64,000 nt of DNA from Bacillota bacterium (GCA_023387655.1 JAEWHR010000072.1:8509-72508), one strand, 5' to 3'. Numbered from the stretch's first letter, positions 19,203 through 29,792 are shown. A program made the numbers and translations. Notes: a model not told the origin generated them from the sequence alone.

Positions 19203-20318
19203 TTATTCTCCCGTAAAGCATGTTTCCACTTTTTTCATTACATCACTGATTGGAATTGCTTGTGGACAAACCTGTTCGCACTTTTTACAACTTCTACAAG
19301 AATCAGCCTTAATTTCTATTTCCTCGTAGACTTCTTTCGCCGCTTTCATTCCTTTTGCCACTGTTGCATTATATGCTTCAAAGGTCTTTGGAATATCCAA
19401 TCCAAATGGACATGGCATACAATAAGCACACTTTGTACAAGATACCAGAGCCATAGTATCATAAATACGCTTTGCATTTGCATACATCACTCTTTGGTCT
19501 TTTGTTAGCATACCAATCTTAGATCTACTGGCATATGCAATGTTATCCACTGTTTGCTCCATTGTACTCATTCCACTTAACAATAAGCTAACTTCTTTTC
19601 GATCCCAAAGAAAGTCCAAAGCCCATTCTACAGGTGTTTTTTCGTTACTTAACACTTCTATCACATTTTGTGGTAGATTTGCAAGTTTTCCACCAAGTAA
19701 CGGCTCCATAATGATTATGCCAAGCCCTTTCGATGCAGCATATTCCATACCTTCTAATGTAGCCTGGTTATGGATATCAATATAATTCATTTGAATTTGA
19801 CAAAAATCCCAATAATCGTAGCTATCCACTATGTTTACAAAAGCTTCTGCATTATCATGAAAAGAAAAACCTATGTAACGAATCTTCCCTTCTGCCTTTG
19901 CTTGTTCCATCTTTTTAATCAAATCGAATTTTTGAATAATATTTTCAAAACGCTCTTTACCAATGGCATGTAAAAGATAAAAATCAATCGTTTCTACTTG
20001 TAATTTGCTTAGCTGTTCATCTAAGATTCGATCAAAATCCTCTGGAGATTTCATTTCCCAAACTGGACATTTTGTAGCTAAATATGTTTTCTCACGGTAA
20101 CCATCCTTAAGTGCCTTCCCAACTAATACTTCACTCATACCACTATGATATGGATAAGCGGTATCTACATAATTAACTCCCTCATCAATTGCGTGGCGTA
20201 TCATTCTAATTGCTTCTTCCTCATGAATTGTACCATCTTCTAATACAGGAAGTCTCATAGCACCAAAACCAAGCGCTGAAACCTTAACACCTGTATTTCC
20301 CATCATTCTATATTCCAT
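19203..20318 (-). CDS. Aldo/keto reductase with C-terminal 2x[4Fe-4S] domain
   Basis: LGFGAMRLP, DTAYPYH, LATK, CTKCAYCMPCP, CRSCKKCEQVCPQ. Confidence 0.92.
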   Translation of the reverse strand: MEYRMMGNTGVKVSALGFGAMRLPVLEDGTIHEEEAIRMIRHAIDEGVNYVDTAYPYHSGMSEVLVGKALKDGYREKTYLATKCPVWEMKSPEDFDRILDEQLSKLQVETIDFYLLHAIGKERFENIIQKFDLIKKMEQAKAEGKIRYIGFSFHDNAEAFVNIVDSYDYWDFCQIQMNYIDIHNQATLEGMEYAASKGLGIIIMEPLLGGKLANLPQNVIEVLSNEKTPVEWALDFLWDRKEVSLLLSGMSTMEQTVDNIAYASRSKIGMLTKDQRVMYANAKRIYDTMALVSCTKCAYCMPCPFGLDIPKTFEAYNATVAKGMKAAKEVYEEIEIKADSCRSCKKCEQVCPQAIPISDVMKKVETCFTGE

Positions 20319-20533
20319 ATATTCTCCAATCCTGCGTATCTCGTTTACGCATTATTTCGTCCTTCTTTCGTGGTATCTTCGTGAAAAAAAGCCAACCGCT
20401 AAGATACAAAAGAAGGCTTTCTACTTCTTATTGTAATCCTTAGAGTTGGCTCTAAGTCAAGAACTTTTTTATTTAACCTTTTATTTCAGGCTATCTCTAA
20501 TCGGTATGTGGAATTTTTTCTAACACTTTACTA

Positions 20534-21529
20534 TTAAGCTTTTAACAAATTTTCAATATTTAAAAGTCCCCAACCTTGTTTACTTTGTGGTTCTCCAAGG
20601 TTTACACAACTATCTCGTATCTTAATTTTTACTTCCTTCGGTGACAGATTTGGTCTAATAGAAAGCAGAAGAGCAATTGCTCCGCTTACAATTGGAGTTG
20701 CCATACTAGTTCCACTCTTTTCAGTATAGAAATTACTATATTTCTCCCTAGCACCTTTTATAGTAGACGTAAAGCGGTTTATATTTAACGCACGAAACAT
20801 ATCCGATCCATAAGACCTTGCAAGTGCACAACTCATAATATTACTTGCTGGTGCAACAATATCTGGTTTCTTAATACATTCAAAAGTTGGGCCTCTACCG
20901 GAGTAATCTTTCGCACGATTTCCCATTAAGTCTACTTCAATATTATCATCTGATGCACCTACGGTAATAATTTTTTTACTACTCCCTGGAACTGCAACAC
21001 TACCTAAATTCGGTCCACCATTCCCAGCCGCTGCTATCACTACAATTCCACTATCCCAAACATTTTCAACTGCCTGAATTAAATTTCTTCCATCCTGACT
21101 AATTTCTTTATTGCCCATGCCAAAAGATAAGTTAACAATTCGGATTCCAAGTTCCTCCTTATGCTTCACAATCCAGTCGAGTGCTATGAGTACATCTGAT
21201 ATATTGCCATCCCCTTTATAATTTAAGGTTTTCGCCATAATCAGATTACAATTTGGTGCCACTCCAATATATTTCCCACCAGAGGCATAACCACTACCTC
21301 CGATAATTCCAGCGACATGCGTTCCATGACCACAATCATCATACATTCCGTTTCTCTGGTGGATAAAATCTTTAAAATATAATTTACGATTACAATTTTT
21401 TAAAAAATCCGGATGCTGACATATCCCAGTATCTACAATTGCTACCCCTACCCCAGTTCCGTATATTCTACGTTCATGAGCGTACTTTAGCCGAATGGTC
21501 CTGCTCGCTAGGTCCATTGCTGTCTCCAT
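20534..21529 (-). CDS. S8 subtilisin-family serine protease (AprX-like; no signal peptide)
   Basis: VDTG, HGTHVAG, AAAGN, GTSMATP catalytic motifs. Confidence 0.93.
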   Translation of the reverse strand: METAMDLASRTIRLKYAHERRIYGTGVGVAIVDTGICQHPDFLKNCNRKLYFKDFIHQRNGMYDDCGHGTHVAGIIGGSGYASGGKYIGVAPNCNLIMAKTLNYKGDGNISDVLIALDWIVKHKEELGIRIVNLSFGMGNKEISQDGRNLIQAVENVWDSGIVVIAAAGNGGPNLGSVAVPGSSKKIITVGASDDNIEVDLMGNRAKDYSGRGPTFECIKKPDIVAPASNIMSCALARSYGSDMFRALNINRFTSTIKGAREKYSNFYTEKSGTSMATPIVSGAIALLLSIRPNLSPKEVKIKIRDSCVNLGEPQSKQGWGLLNIENLLKA

Positions 21530-21787
21530 GCTATAAGGCTTTAAAATAGACTTCCTTATAATTCATCTATCATTCTCTATTATCTTATTCGTATTCTTTT
21601 AATCGGCTACTCCAATCGCAGTATTAATGAAGATTATAATAGATTATATAGTTATGTCCTATGATAATTTACATTACTATTTAATATTTTGTAACAAATC
21701 AATTCACCTTACACCCTTGTTTTAGAATCCAATTTATCACTTTGGTACATTTTTTTTCCTTTTCTTATACTTTCCCTGTTCAATATG

Positions 21788-21845
21788 TTGACAGGATATT
21801 ATTAATTTGTTATAATTCGTCTGTACGGTGTAACAATTCTGTAAT
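21788..21845 (+). promoter_or_regulatory. Consensus sigma-A promoter followed by a WalR-type direct repeat
   Basis: TTGACA(21788)-N17-TATAAT(21811); TGTAAC-AATTC-TGTAAT at 21829-21845 fits TGTWAH-N5-TGTWAH. Confidence 0.75.
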
Positions 21846-21904
21846 ATTTTTCACCGCAACTACCATCGAAGTTAATATTAGATGGCATACTTTGGAGGAT
21901 TACA

Positions 21905-23038
21905 ATGAAAAAAAGAGTCATTATGCAAGCAGCTACCTTGTTTATTGCACTGTTTTTATGGAATCAGTCGACAGCTGAAGCAAAAGCAGAAGAAATAAGT
22001 TCATCAAAGGTACGTAATGAAGAAACATTATCCGGTGGCGGAATTGGTGGTATGTCAATGGCTATTGATAATTACTATGATGCTAGATTATCTGAAATCG
22101 GAATTTCAATAAATAATGCAACTACTACTATCTTAGTTGGAGGCGAACCACTCGCTCCTAGAGAATTGCCACCAATTCAATTTCAAGGTGTAGCGATTGC
22201 TAATGTAAATGATTATGTTAACATACGTACTGAAGCCTCTACTGACTCAAGTCTTGCAGGCCGTCTTTACCGCGGTGCTGCTGCAACTATTTTAGGAGTA
22301 GAAGGTGAATGGACAAGAATTGTATCCGGAAAAGTAGAAGGTTACATCAAGTCTGAGTACTTAGCAACTGGTGAGAATGCTGTTAAATTAGCTCAGAAGT
22401 GTTACGTACAATATGCTCAAGCTACTTGTACCACATTAAATGTACGCAAAGAGCCTTCAGAGAACAGCCCTCGTGTTGGACAAATTGCTATGGGCGAACA
22501 ACTTGAGATATTAGAAATTCTTGATGAGTGGGTTAAAGTTGACTATAATGAAACCGATGCCTATGTTAGCAAGAGTTATGTAGATTTTGTTTATAATTTT
22601 AAATATGCAAAATCTATGGATGAGATTAAAACAGACATCAATTGTATGGTATGGCCATTACCATCTGACCATAATATCTATACTTATTACGGATATCGTA
22701 AAGCGCCAACTGCTGGTGCTAGCACCTATCACAAAGGTCTTGATATCGGTGGTGCTTATGGTTCTTCCATCGTATCAGTTCTTGCAGGTCGAGTTGTAGA
22801 TGCTGGTTATAGTAGCAGTGCAGGTCGTTACGTTGAGATCGATCATGGTAAGGGTGTAGTTACAAGATATTTACACTGTTCTAAATTACTTGTAAACGTT
22901 GGTGACTATGTTGACCAGGGACAAACAATTGCTTTAGTTGGCTCTACTGGAATTTCCACCGGCCCTCACTTACACTTTAGTTTATTAATCAATGGTAATA
23001 ACGTAAATCCATACCCATATTTAAAATCTGTCCATTAA
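21905..23038 (+). CDS. Secreted peptidoglycan endopeptidase, 2x SH3b + M23
   Basis: Signal peptide; VNIRTE and LNVRKEP SH3b motifs; HKGLD, YLH, STGPHLHF M23 motifs. Confidence 0.93.
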   Translation: MKKRVIMQAATLFIALFLWNQSTAEAKAEEISSSKVRNEETLSGGGIGGMSMAIDNYYDARLSEIGISINNATTTILVGGEPLAPRELPPIQFQGVAIANVNDYVNIRTEASTDSSLAGRLYRGAAATILGVEGEWTRIVSGKVEGYIKSEYLATGENAVKLAQKCYVQYAQATCTTLNVRKEPSENSPRVGQIAMGEQLEILEILDEWVKVDYNETDAYVSKSYVDFVYNFKYAKSMDEIKTDINCMVWPLPSDHNIYTYYGYRKAPTAGASTYHKGLDIGGAYGSSIVSVLAGRVVDAGYSSSAGRYVEIDHGKGVVTRYLHCSKLLVNVGDYVDQGQTIALVGSTGISTGPHLHFSLLINGNNVNPYPYLKSVH

Positions 23039-23059
23039 TAAAAGATTTAAATTCGTCAT

Positions 23060-23160
23060 AGAATTTATTATAAATAATAGCAAATCTTCGTGATATTACT
23101 TCAAGAATTTATTATTAAATAAAAATAACAAATCTTCCTGATATCACTTCAAGAATTATA
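23060..23160. repeat. ~45-47-bp degenerate tandem duplication
   Basis: AGAATTTATTA...CAAATCTTC(G/C)TGATAT(T/C)ACTTCA twice, plus the start of a third copy. Confidence 0.8.
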
Positions 23161-23166
23161 TCATTA

Positions 23167-23202
23167 AAAAAAGGTGCTTAGTATTGCTAGGCACCTTTCT
23201 TT
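23167..23202. terminator. Bidirectional intrinsic terminator between convergent genes
   Basis: AAAAAAAGGTGCTTAG-TATTG-CTAGGCACCTTTCTTT. Confidence 0.8.
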
Positions 23203-23286
23203 ATTGGCTCTGTGTACAAAGTTTTATGTCTTTCCTTTCATATAGGAATCAATTCTCGAAACTCTTTTGATACCCAATTTAAATAT

Positions 23287-25068
23287 CTAACTAGAATAAT
23301 TTACAGCTTGTGAGCGGAATAGTTTGTAATATAAACTATCTTGTTTTTCCATTAATTTCTGATGACTATCATAATCTGATATCTCACCACCATCAATGAC
23401 TAAAATTTTATCACAGAATACACTGCTTGACATTCGATGTGAGATATAAAGTGCTGTCTTATCACCAACAAGTTGGTTGAAATTCTCATAGATTTCAGCC
23501 TCAGCAAGTGGATCTAGCGCACTTGTAGGTTCATCAAGAATAATAAGGGATGCATCCTTATAAAGAGCCCTGGCAATTGCAACCTTTTGACTTTCTCCGC
23601 CAGACATTTCGATTCCCTCTTCATCATATGCCTTACCAAAAAGAGATTTTATGCCGTTCGGTAATGATTCAACTTTTTCTTTTAATCCAACCTTTTCTAA
23701 TAGCTTTGTTGCCTCTTTTGTATCCTTGCCTGGTTCTTTACACGTAATATTTTCTTCCATAGAAAAAGCAAACAAACGATAATCTTGAAATACAGCAGCC
23801 ATACTCTTCATAAAACCCTTATGTTCATATTCAAAGATATCATTACCATTGATATAGATTTTTCCTTCTGTTGGACGGTATAATCTACAAAGCAACTTAA
23901 TCAAGGTTGTTTTTCCAGCTCCATTTAATCCAACGATAGATATTTTCTCGCCTTTTTGGATTTCAAAACTGATATCCTTTAATACCTGTTTATCACTACC
24001 AGGGTATTTAAATGTAACATGTTCAAACCGAATAGATTCCACAGTACCATGAAACGGTAAGTCTCCTCCGACTTTATCCTCCTCAGGTAATTCCATAAAT
24101 TCCATAAATGGTTGTAAGTACCCTAAGTATTGATTTACCGTCATTACTTCCTTCCCTAGTGCCATAACCGAGGAAGTGAATTTTATAGCTGCAGATACAT
24201 ACATAGTAAAGGAACCTATTCCAATTTTTTCTCCAAACCAATTTGTGATTACTCGAATACCGACATAACCGTATGCTATTGTTGCTTGTAAGTCATTAAT
24301 AATACTAAGAAAACCCTGATATTTTCCTTGAGATGTATAGTACTTCGTAAACCACAGGTTTATTTCATCATTATATTGTCTGACACGCCTGGTTAACATT
24401 GGGCTCATTCCATAGAGCCTAATATCCTTTTGCAATTTATCATTGTATGCTAAACCAACATAATATCCATATTTACGATTAACAGGAATAATCTCGTTAA
24501 AAAACTTTTTCTGATATTTCATAAATTTCATTTGTGCCACAAAAGTAGTAATAATTGTAACAAGTAATATAAGAACTAATACTATGCTCAAAGAAAACAT
24601 AACAGTTAAAAGCCCAATTAATGTTACTACACTATTAAATAAAGTACTAACACAAAGAATGAGATTTTCCATCGCCGATTGATTAATTGATGCAAATACT
24701 GCTCTTTCCTTTAAGTCTAAATAATAAGGATTTTCTAAGTAAGAGTATTCTACTTTCATAATCTTTTCAGACATTAGGTGATTCATCTGTTCTCTCATGT
24801 AGATTCCTTTGTCATCCATCACCCGCTTCATAGTCATAGTTAACCATGCAAAGAATAAATTCGATAGTACAATAATCCCACCAAAAAATAATAAGCGTTC
24901 CATTTGTCTTTCACCAAGCAATTCATCTATTAAGAATTTTGGTAAAACTACATTTACTAACACCTGTCCACTCGTAGCTAATGTACTAAAGAACAGTAAT
25001 ACAATATACATAGGTGAAATCTTCCACGATAGTTTAAAAAACATTTTAAAGCACTTCATCGAGTTCAT
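23287..25068 (-). CDS. ABC exporter, fused TMD + NBD
   Basis: GLNGAGKT, MSGGESQK, ILDEPT, SHR. Confidence 0.95.
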   Translation of the reverse strand: MNSMKCFKMFFKLSWKISPMYIVLLFFSTLATSGQVLVNVVLPKFLIDELLGERQMERLLFFGGIIVLSNLFFAWLTMTMKRVMDDKGIYMREQMNHLMSEKIMKVEYSYLENPYYLDLKERAVFASINQSAMENLILCVSTLFNSVVTLIGLLTVMFSLSIVLVLILLVTIITTFVAQMKFMKYQKKFFNEIIPVNRKYGYYVGLAYNDKLQKDIRLYGMSPMLTRRVRQYNDEINLWFTKYYTSQGKYQGFLSIINDLQATIAYGYVGIRVITNWFGEKIGIGSFTMYVSAAIKFTSSVMALGKEVMTVNQYLGYLQPFMEFMELPEEDKVGGDLPFHGTVESIRFEHVTFKYPGSDKQVLKDISFEIQKGEKISIVGLNGAGKTTLIKLLCRLYRPTEGKIYINGNDIFEYEHKGFMKSMAAVFQDYRLFAFSMEENITCKEPGKDTKEATKLLEKVGLKEKVESLPNGIKSLFGKAYDEEGIEMSGGESQKVAIARALYKDASLIILDEPTSALDPLAEAEIYENFNQLVGDKTALYISHRMSSSVFCDKILVIDGGEISDYDSHQKLMEKQDSLYYKLFRSQAVNYSS

Positions 25069-26896
25069 CTATCCTAGTCGAGAAGTCTTCGTCTCGACTT
25101 TCCCTCCCTTCTGTATAGTACTTTCCTTGCACTGAAAACATATGGCTATATATACCACCTAATCTTATTAACTCTTCGTGATTGCCATATTCCTTTAGCC
25201 CATCTTTATCAAAAAGTGCGATTTTATCACAGAATTTTGTACTAGCAAGGCGATGTGAAATATAGACCGCTGTCTTTCCCTTCACTAATTCACTAAAGTT
25301 CTCATAGATTTCAGCTTCCGCAAGAGCATCAAGGGCTGCCGTCGGTTCATCCATTATTACCATTGGGCTATCCTTATACAATGCTCTAGCGATAGCAAGT
25401 TTTTGACTCTGTCCTCCTGAAAACTCGGTTCCATCTACTTCGATAATCTTTAACATCATCTGCTCCCTACCTTTTGGTAGTTCGCTTATCTTCTCCATTA
25501 AGCCTACTCGATCAAGTGCCCCTACAACACGAGTATCATCAATTTCTTCGGAGGTACAAGCTACATTTTCATTAATTGTAAATGCAAGTATATTTATATC
25601 CTGAAAAACTACAGCAAACATATCATATAATTCTTTTTTATTAAATTGTTTGATTGGTATTTGATTAATACGTATTTCACCCTCAGTTACATCAAACAAG
25701 CCAATCATTAGTTTTACTATGGTGCTTTTTCCCGCTCCATTAACACCTACAATAGCAAGTCGTTCCCCTTTATTAATCTTAAAGTTAAGATTTTTTATTA
25801 TGTATTGATCTGTATTTGGATACTTAAAACTAACATTATCAAACTCGATTTCTAATGTACCATCTTTAATAGCCTCGTTTTCTCCACCTTTTTCACCTAA
25901 ATCACGATCTAAAAAGTTATAAAAATCATAGATATAATGTGTTTCATTGATTACGAAACTAATCTGTTCTGAAAAATTCTTTAGCATCGAAGATAGACTT
26001 ATTACAGCTGCTAAGTACATAGAGAAATCGGCAATAGACATTCCATTTACTACTTTTTGAATTAATATGCCATAGGTCAGTACATCACTAAGTAATAAAG
26101 TAAATAAGCCTATCATACCAAGGATATATTCTTTATTTAAAATCTGCTTTTTTACAGCAAGATATCCGTTAATTTCCTTGTTATAATTTGATAGGATTCT
26201 ACCAGATAGACCATAAAGACGAATATCTTTGCCATAGGAAAAATCATGAGTTGTTTCATAGTAATAACGTTTTTTTCGATCTGCCTTTGCTAACTGTTCT
26301 TTACGTTTGTACTCAAAATTATGCACTTTCCTACTAATGTAGATCGTAACCAAAAGATTCACTATTAAACCAAGTAAAATGAGAGGGTTTATCCTACCAA
26401 TGAGTACGATAAGGATAAGAATTGATATAGTAACAGCGGGAATATCAAATAGCTTGTGATATACTCCTTCTACGCCGTTACTATTTGAGCTTGTTGCTAC
26501 TATCGCTCGTTCATTTTTATCAAAGAATGTAGAGTCCTCCATATATTGATAATCCGCACTAACTATCTTATCAAAAATCTCACCGACATAATCAATACGA
26601 AGCCTTGTAATTCTCGGATAGGCACAGTTTGCTGTATAACTCTTAATAAACACAAATATCGAAGCAAGAATAAAATATCCGCCAATAATTTTGGCTACTG
26701 TTGATATATTCGCTAGTTCTCCTAACACTAGCTCCCCTATTAATAATTTTGGCAATACTATTCCAAAAAACGGATATATTGCAGCTGCTATCGTGTATAC
26801 AGAAAACCATATAAAAAGTGCCTTGTTCTGCTGTTTCACGTTTGCAAGCATCTTTCCAATTGTTTTAAAAATTGGATACTTTAACTCTGAATCCAT
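25046..26896 (-). CDS. ABC exporter, fused TMD + NBD (probable heterodimer partner)
   Basis: GVNGAGKS, FSGGQSQK, IMDEPT, SHR; overlaps the next gene. Confidence 0.95.
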   Translation of the reverse strand: MDSELKYPIFKTIGKMLANVKQQNKALFIWFSVYTIAAAIYPFFGIVLPKLLIGELVLGELANISTVAKIIGGYFILASIFVFIKSYTANCAYPRITRLRIDYVGEIFDKIVSADYQYMEDSTFFDKNERAIVATSSNSNGVEGVYHKLFDIPAVTISILILIVLIGRINPLILLGLIVNLLVTIYISRKVHNFEYKRKEQLAKADRKKRYYYETTHDFSYGKDIRLYGLSGRILSNYNKEINGYLAVKKQILNKEYILGMIGLFTLLLSDVLTYGILIQKVVNGMSIADFSMYLAAVISLSSMLKNFSEQISFVINETHYIYDFYNFLDRDLGEKGGENEAIKDGTLEIEFDNVSFKYPNTDQYIIKNLNFKINKGERLAIVGVNGAGKSTIVKLMIGLFDVTEGEIRINQIPIKQFNKKELYDMFAVVFQDINILAFTINENVACTSEEIDDTRVVGALDRVGLMEKISELPKGREQMMLKIIEVDGTEFSGGQSQKLAIARALYKDSPMVIMDEPTAALDALAEAEIYENFSELVKGKTAVYISHRLASTKFCDKIALFDKDGLKEYGNHEELIRLGGIYSHMFSVQGKYYTEGRESRDEDFSTRIDELDEVL

Positions 26897-26908
26897 TCGA
26901 TCCTCCCC

Positions 26909-27979
26909 TTAATAATATTTATTTGCAAGATTTAAGATAGATTTACTTAAACCCTCCAATTTCCCTTGATTCAACTCATAATATACTTTCTTTGACTTAG
27001 ACGCATCCACTGTCAATAATACATAACCAGCAGATAACAGTATATTAATATGGTGAGACACAGTTGCAGGAGTTAGCTTTAGATTTTCCGCCATTTCCTG
27101 AATGTACATGCGTTTCATCGATAACATATGGAGTATCTTTAATCTAGTTGTATCACTGATTGCTTTTAAATCTGCTTCAAGTTGCGCATCATTAAATCTA
27201 TTTTCATTACTCCTCTTTATAAGTTCTACAAGGTAGATTCCTACGTGGAGATAATAGATGCCATTAAAAGATTCCATACCAAGTGCATTATACTGACTAA
27301 TGCTAGGAATTAAGACAATTTTTTTCCCATGCTCGATATGAAGGCGAATCGATTCTTTTAGTATTTCATCTAAATAATCCGGCTCCCTCATTCGGATTAT
27401 TTCTTCTTCTACAATGGACTGAACAAGAGAATATGGCTTCTTTACTATTTCATTCGTAAGCTCTCTCAATTTCACCAATTGATTGCTAATCTCCTTACGC
27501 TCCATATAGATACTTATTACTCTCATCTTGTAAGCATCCTCAAGATTTTGAGTGTCCAGGAAATTAATTAATTCAGTTACATCTTTTATATATAACTTTT
27601 CTTCTGATATTGTTTCTGAATATTCGTCTTTATTTAACATTTCAAAAAAAGCTAAATCTTCCTTAGTAAAATCCACTGTTTCCTGCTCTATCCTTAATAA
27701 ATTACGATGAAACATCCATAACAGTGAACCTTCTTGTTGCTCTTTTTCTGTTAATTTTAATAAGCTTTTTATCTTTGGAAACTCTTCTAAAATTACACTA
27801 AATTGAATCTTTAGTTGTCTACAAAAATCCTGTATTGGTTGGATATATGCTTGCATCTCTTCTGACGTCATACCAAATTTCTCATAATTATGAATAATCT
27901 CAAATTGATTCTCTTTTGCAGTATAGCAATTTATTGCTTCTCCAAGAAAGTCTGGTGTGGATATTAAGTCAATCATCAT
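26909..27979 (-). CDS. Transcriptional regulator with C-terminal ArsR-family wHTH
   Basis: LKAISDTTRLKILHML...MAENLKLTPATVSHHINIL. Confidence 0.88.
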   Translation of the reverse strand: MMIDLISTPDFLGEAINCYTAKENQFEIIHNYEKFGMTSEEMQAYIQPIQDFCRQLKIQFSVILEEFPKIKSLLKLTEKEQQEGSLLWMFHRNLLRIEQETVDFTKEDLAFFEMLNKDEYSETISEEKLYIKDVTELINFLDTQNLEDAYKMRVISIYMERKEISNQLVKLRELTNEIVKKPYSLVQSIVEEEIIRMREPDYLDEILKESIRLHIEHGKKIVLIPSISQYNALGMESFNGIYYLHVGIYLVELIKRSNENRFNDAQLEADLKAISDTTRLKILHMLSMKRMYIQEMAENLKLTPATVSHHINILLSAGYVLLTVDASKSKKVYYELNQGKLEGLSKSILNLANKYY

Positions 27980-28108
27980 TTGCCGTTATTCTCCTCCTAA
28001 ACCTTAATTAACAATCTAAACCATAGATTTGCATTAATATTTCTTTTATACCATATAATGGTATTTACTTTCAAGCAAAACTAACAATTTTATCCTATTA
28101 TATTAAAT

Positions 28109-28158
28109 ATAATACAATTATGATTTACGTTTGTCAATTATATTAGATATTCATCTAA
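28109..28158 (-). promoter_or_regulatory. Promoter of the ArsR-ABC operon with adjacent palindromic operator
   Basis: Minus strand TTGACA-N17-TATTAT; TTAGAT-ATTC-ATCTAA at 28143-28158, just upstream of -35. Confidence 0.65.
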
Positions 28159-28388
28159 CATAATTATATGATATGGTTTCAATCAATACTCTCTGGATTA
28201 GTGTAGCTGGTATGCAAACCGATAATCAATAATTAGCATCTAAGCATTGTATAATCTTAATGAAAATACTTACCATTACGATCCATAGGTCTAGCTGATA
28301 TTTTTAATCTAGACCTACAAAAATGAGAGTGAAAATCTCCTACAGTTTTCACTCTCACACTATCTATTTTTTTAATTTCAATTGGTAA

Positions 28389-29792
28389 TTATCTACTATA
28401 TTTAGATGAAAAATATTCTTTCCCTGCTTTCAGACCGTTCCCTCGGTATTTAAACATTTCAGAGATAGTTACCAGCTGGTACCCTTGCTTCGTTAATTTT
28501 TGTATAATTTTTTCAGCTGCTTTTGCAGTCGTTGGATAAACATCATGCATTAATATAATCGCTCCATCTTTAGCACCTTTCATTGCTTCTTTTACAATCT
28601 TATCAACATTTTTGGATTTCCAATCTTCTGTATCTACCGACCATCTTATCATCGGATAATGTATCGTTGCTCGTACAGTTTGATTGACAGCACCATAAGT
28701 GGGTCTCACTAGTTTTGGCGTAAAACCTGTACTCCGAAAAACAGCATCCTGTGTTTTAGCTATTTCACGCTTAATCTTTTCAACCGTAGATGTTGTTAGT
28801 AAAGGGTGAGAATAAGAATGATTTCCTATTTCATTTCCTTCATCTATCATACGATTTAATATTTTACTATGGCTTCCTACTCGTTGACCTAATACAAAAA
28901 AGGTTGCTTTTCCTCCGTATTTCTTAAGAGCGTCTAAGATTCTCGCAGTATATATATCATGAGGACCATCATCAAAGGTTAGCGCTATCATCGGTTTCTC
29001 TGGATCTATTTTACGTGCTAACAATAGCTTTCCTTGTTCATCTAAACATAAAATATCTGTTATTGTAGTAATTGAAAAAGATGTAGTAGGTGATAATGAT
29101 AATCCGCTCAGTAAGTCGAATTTTTTAAAATACAAAGTTATGTTGTCTTTGGTTAATGTAAATTGCAATCCATCTTGAACTGCCTCCATAACTAAGCTTT
29201 GTATCATGTCTTCATCCAAATATTTACCATAGACTTCTTTTGTTTTTAATTGATTAATCACTTGATCATAAAAATTCTTCTGTGAACCAACTTCTATTAT
29301 ATCCTCTAACTCTAAACGTCTGCCTTCCTCCACCTGAAAACATAAGGTTTGAACATAATCTCGTTTCTTCTCTTCCCATGGCATACCTTCTAAAACATGA
29401 AATTTAATACTATAAATGTTCGGATAGGATTCATAGGTCTCATATTGAATTGTTAGTCTTGGATCATAGTCAAATGACGTCTCACCTTGTTCTTGCTTTA
29501 ACTTAACTTCATTCTTAAAATCTGTCACAATAGAATTTACATACTCTTTAATTTTTTGATCCACTACTTCTTGTCCCATTATAGGGTAATAAACAGATAT
29601 CTTGGTAACACCATTATATTCCTTGATCACTTGAGTGTTTCCTATCTCCTGATTTATAGAATCTGGTGAAGTAACCTCACCATAATTATTAACATTTTCT
29701 TTTGAACAAGAACTCAATCCAACTGACAGAAAAAAAAGAAGTAACAAATGAAAATACTTCATTGTCATATAATTTTGTTTCTTCATATCCAC
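28389..29792 (-). CDS. Lipoprotein polysaccharide (peptidoglycan GlcNAc) deacetylase, PgdA/PdaC-like
   Basis: Lipobox LSSC; TFDDGP, HSYSHP, RPTYG, DTEDW, LMHD NodB motifs. Confidence 0.92.
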   Translation of the reverse strand: MDMKKQNYMTMKYFHLLLLFFLSVGLSSCSKENVNNYGEVTSPDSINQEIGNTQVIKEYNGVTKISVYYPIMGQEVVDQKIKEYVNSIVTDFKNEVKLKQEQGETSFDYDPRLTIQYETYESYPNIYSIKFHVLEGMPWEEKKRDYVQTLCFQVEEGRRLELEDIIEVGSQKNFYDQVINQLKTKEVYGKYLDEDMIQSLVMEAVQDGLQFTLTKDNITLYFKKFDLLSGLSLSPTTSFSITTITDILCLDEQGKLLLARKIDPEKPMIALTFDDGPHDIYTARILDALKKYGGKATFFVLGQRVGSHSKILNRMIDEGNEIGNHSYSHPLLTTSTVEKIKREIAKTQDAVFRSTGFTPKLVRPTYGAVNQTVRATIHYPMIRWSVDTEDWKSKNVDKIVKEAMKGAKDGAIILMHDVYPTTAKAAEKIIQKLTKQGYQLVTISEMFKYRGNGLKAGKEYFSSKYSR

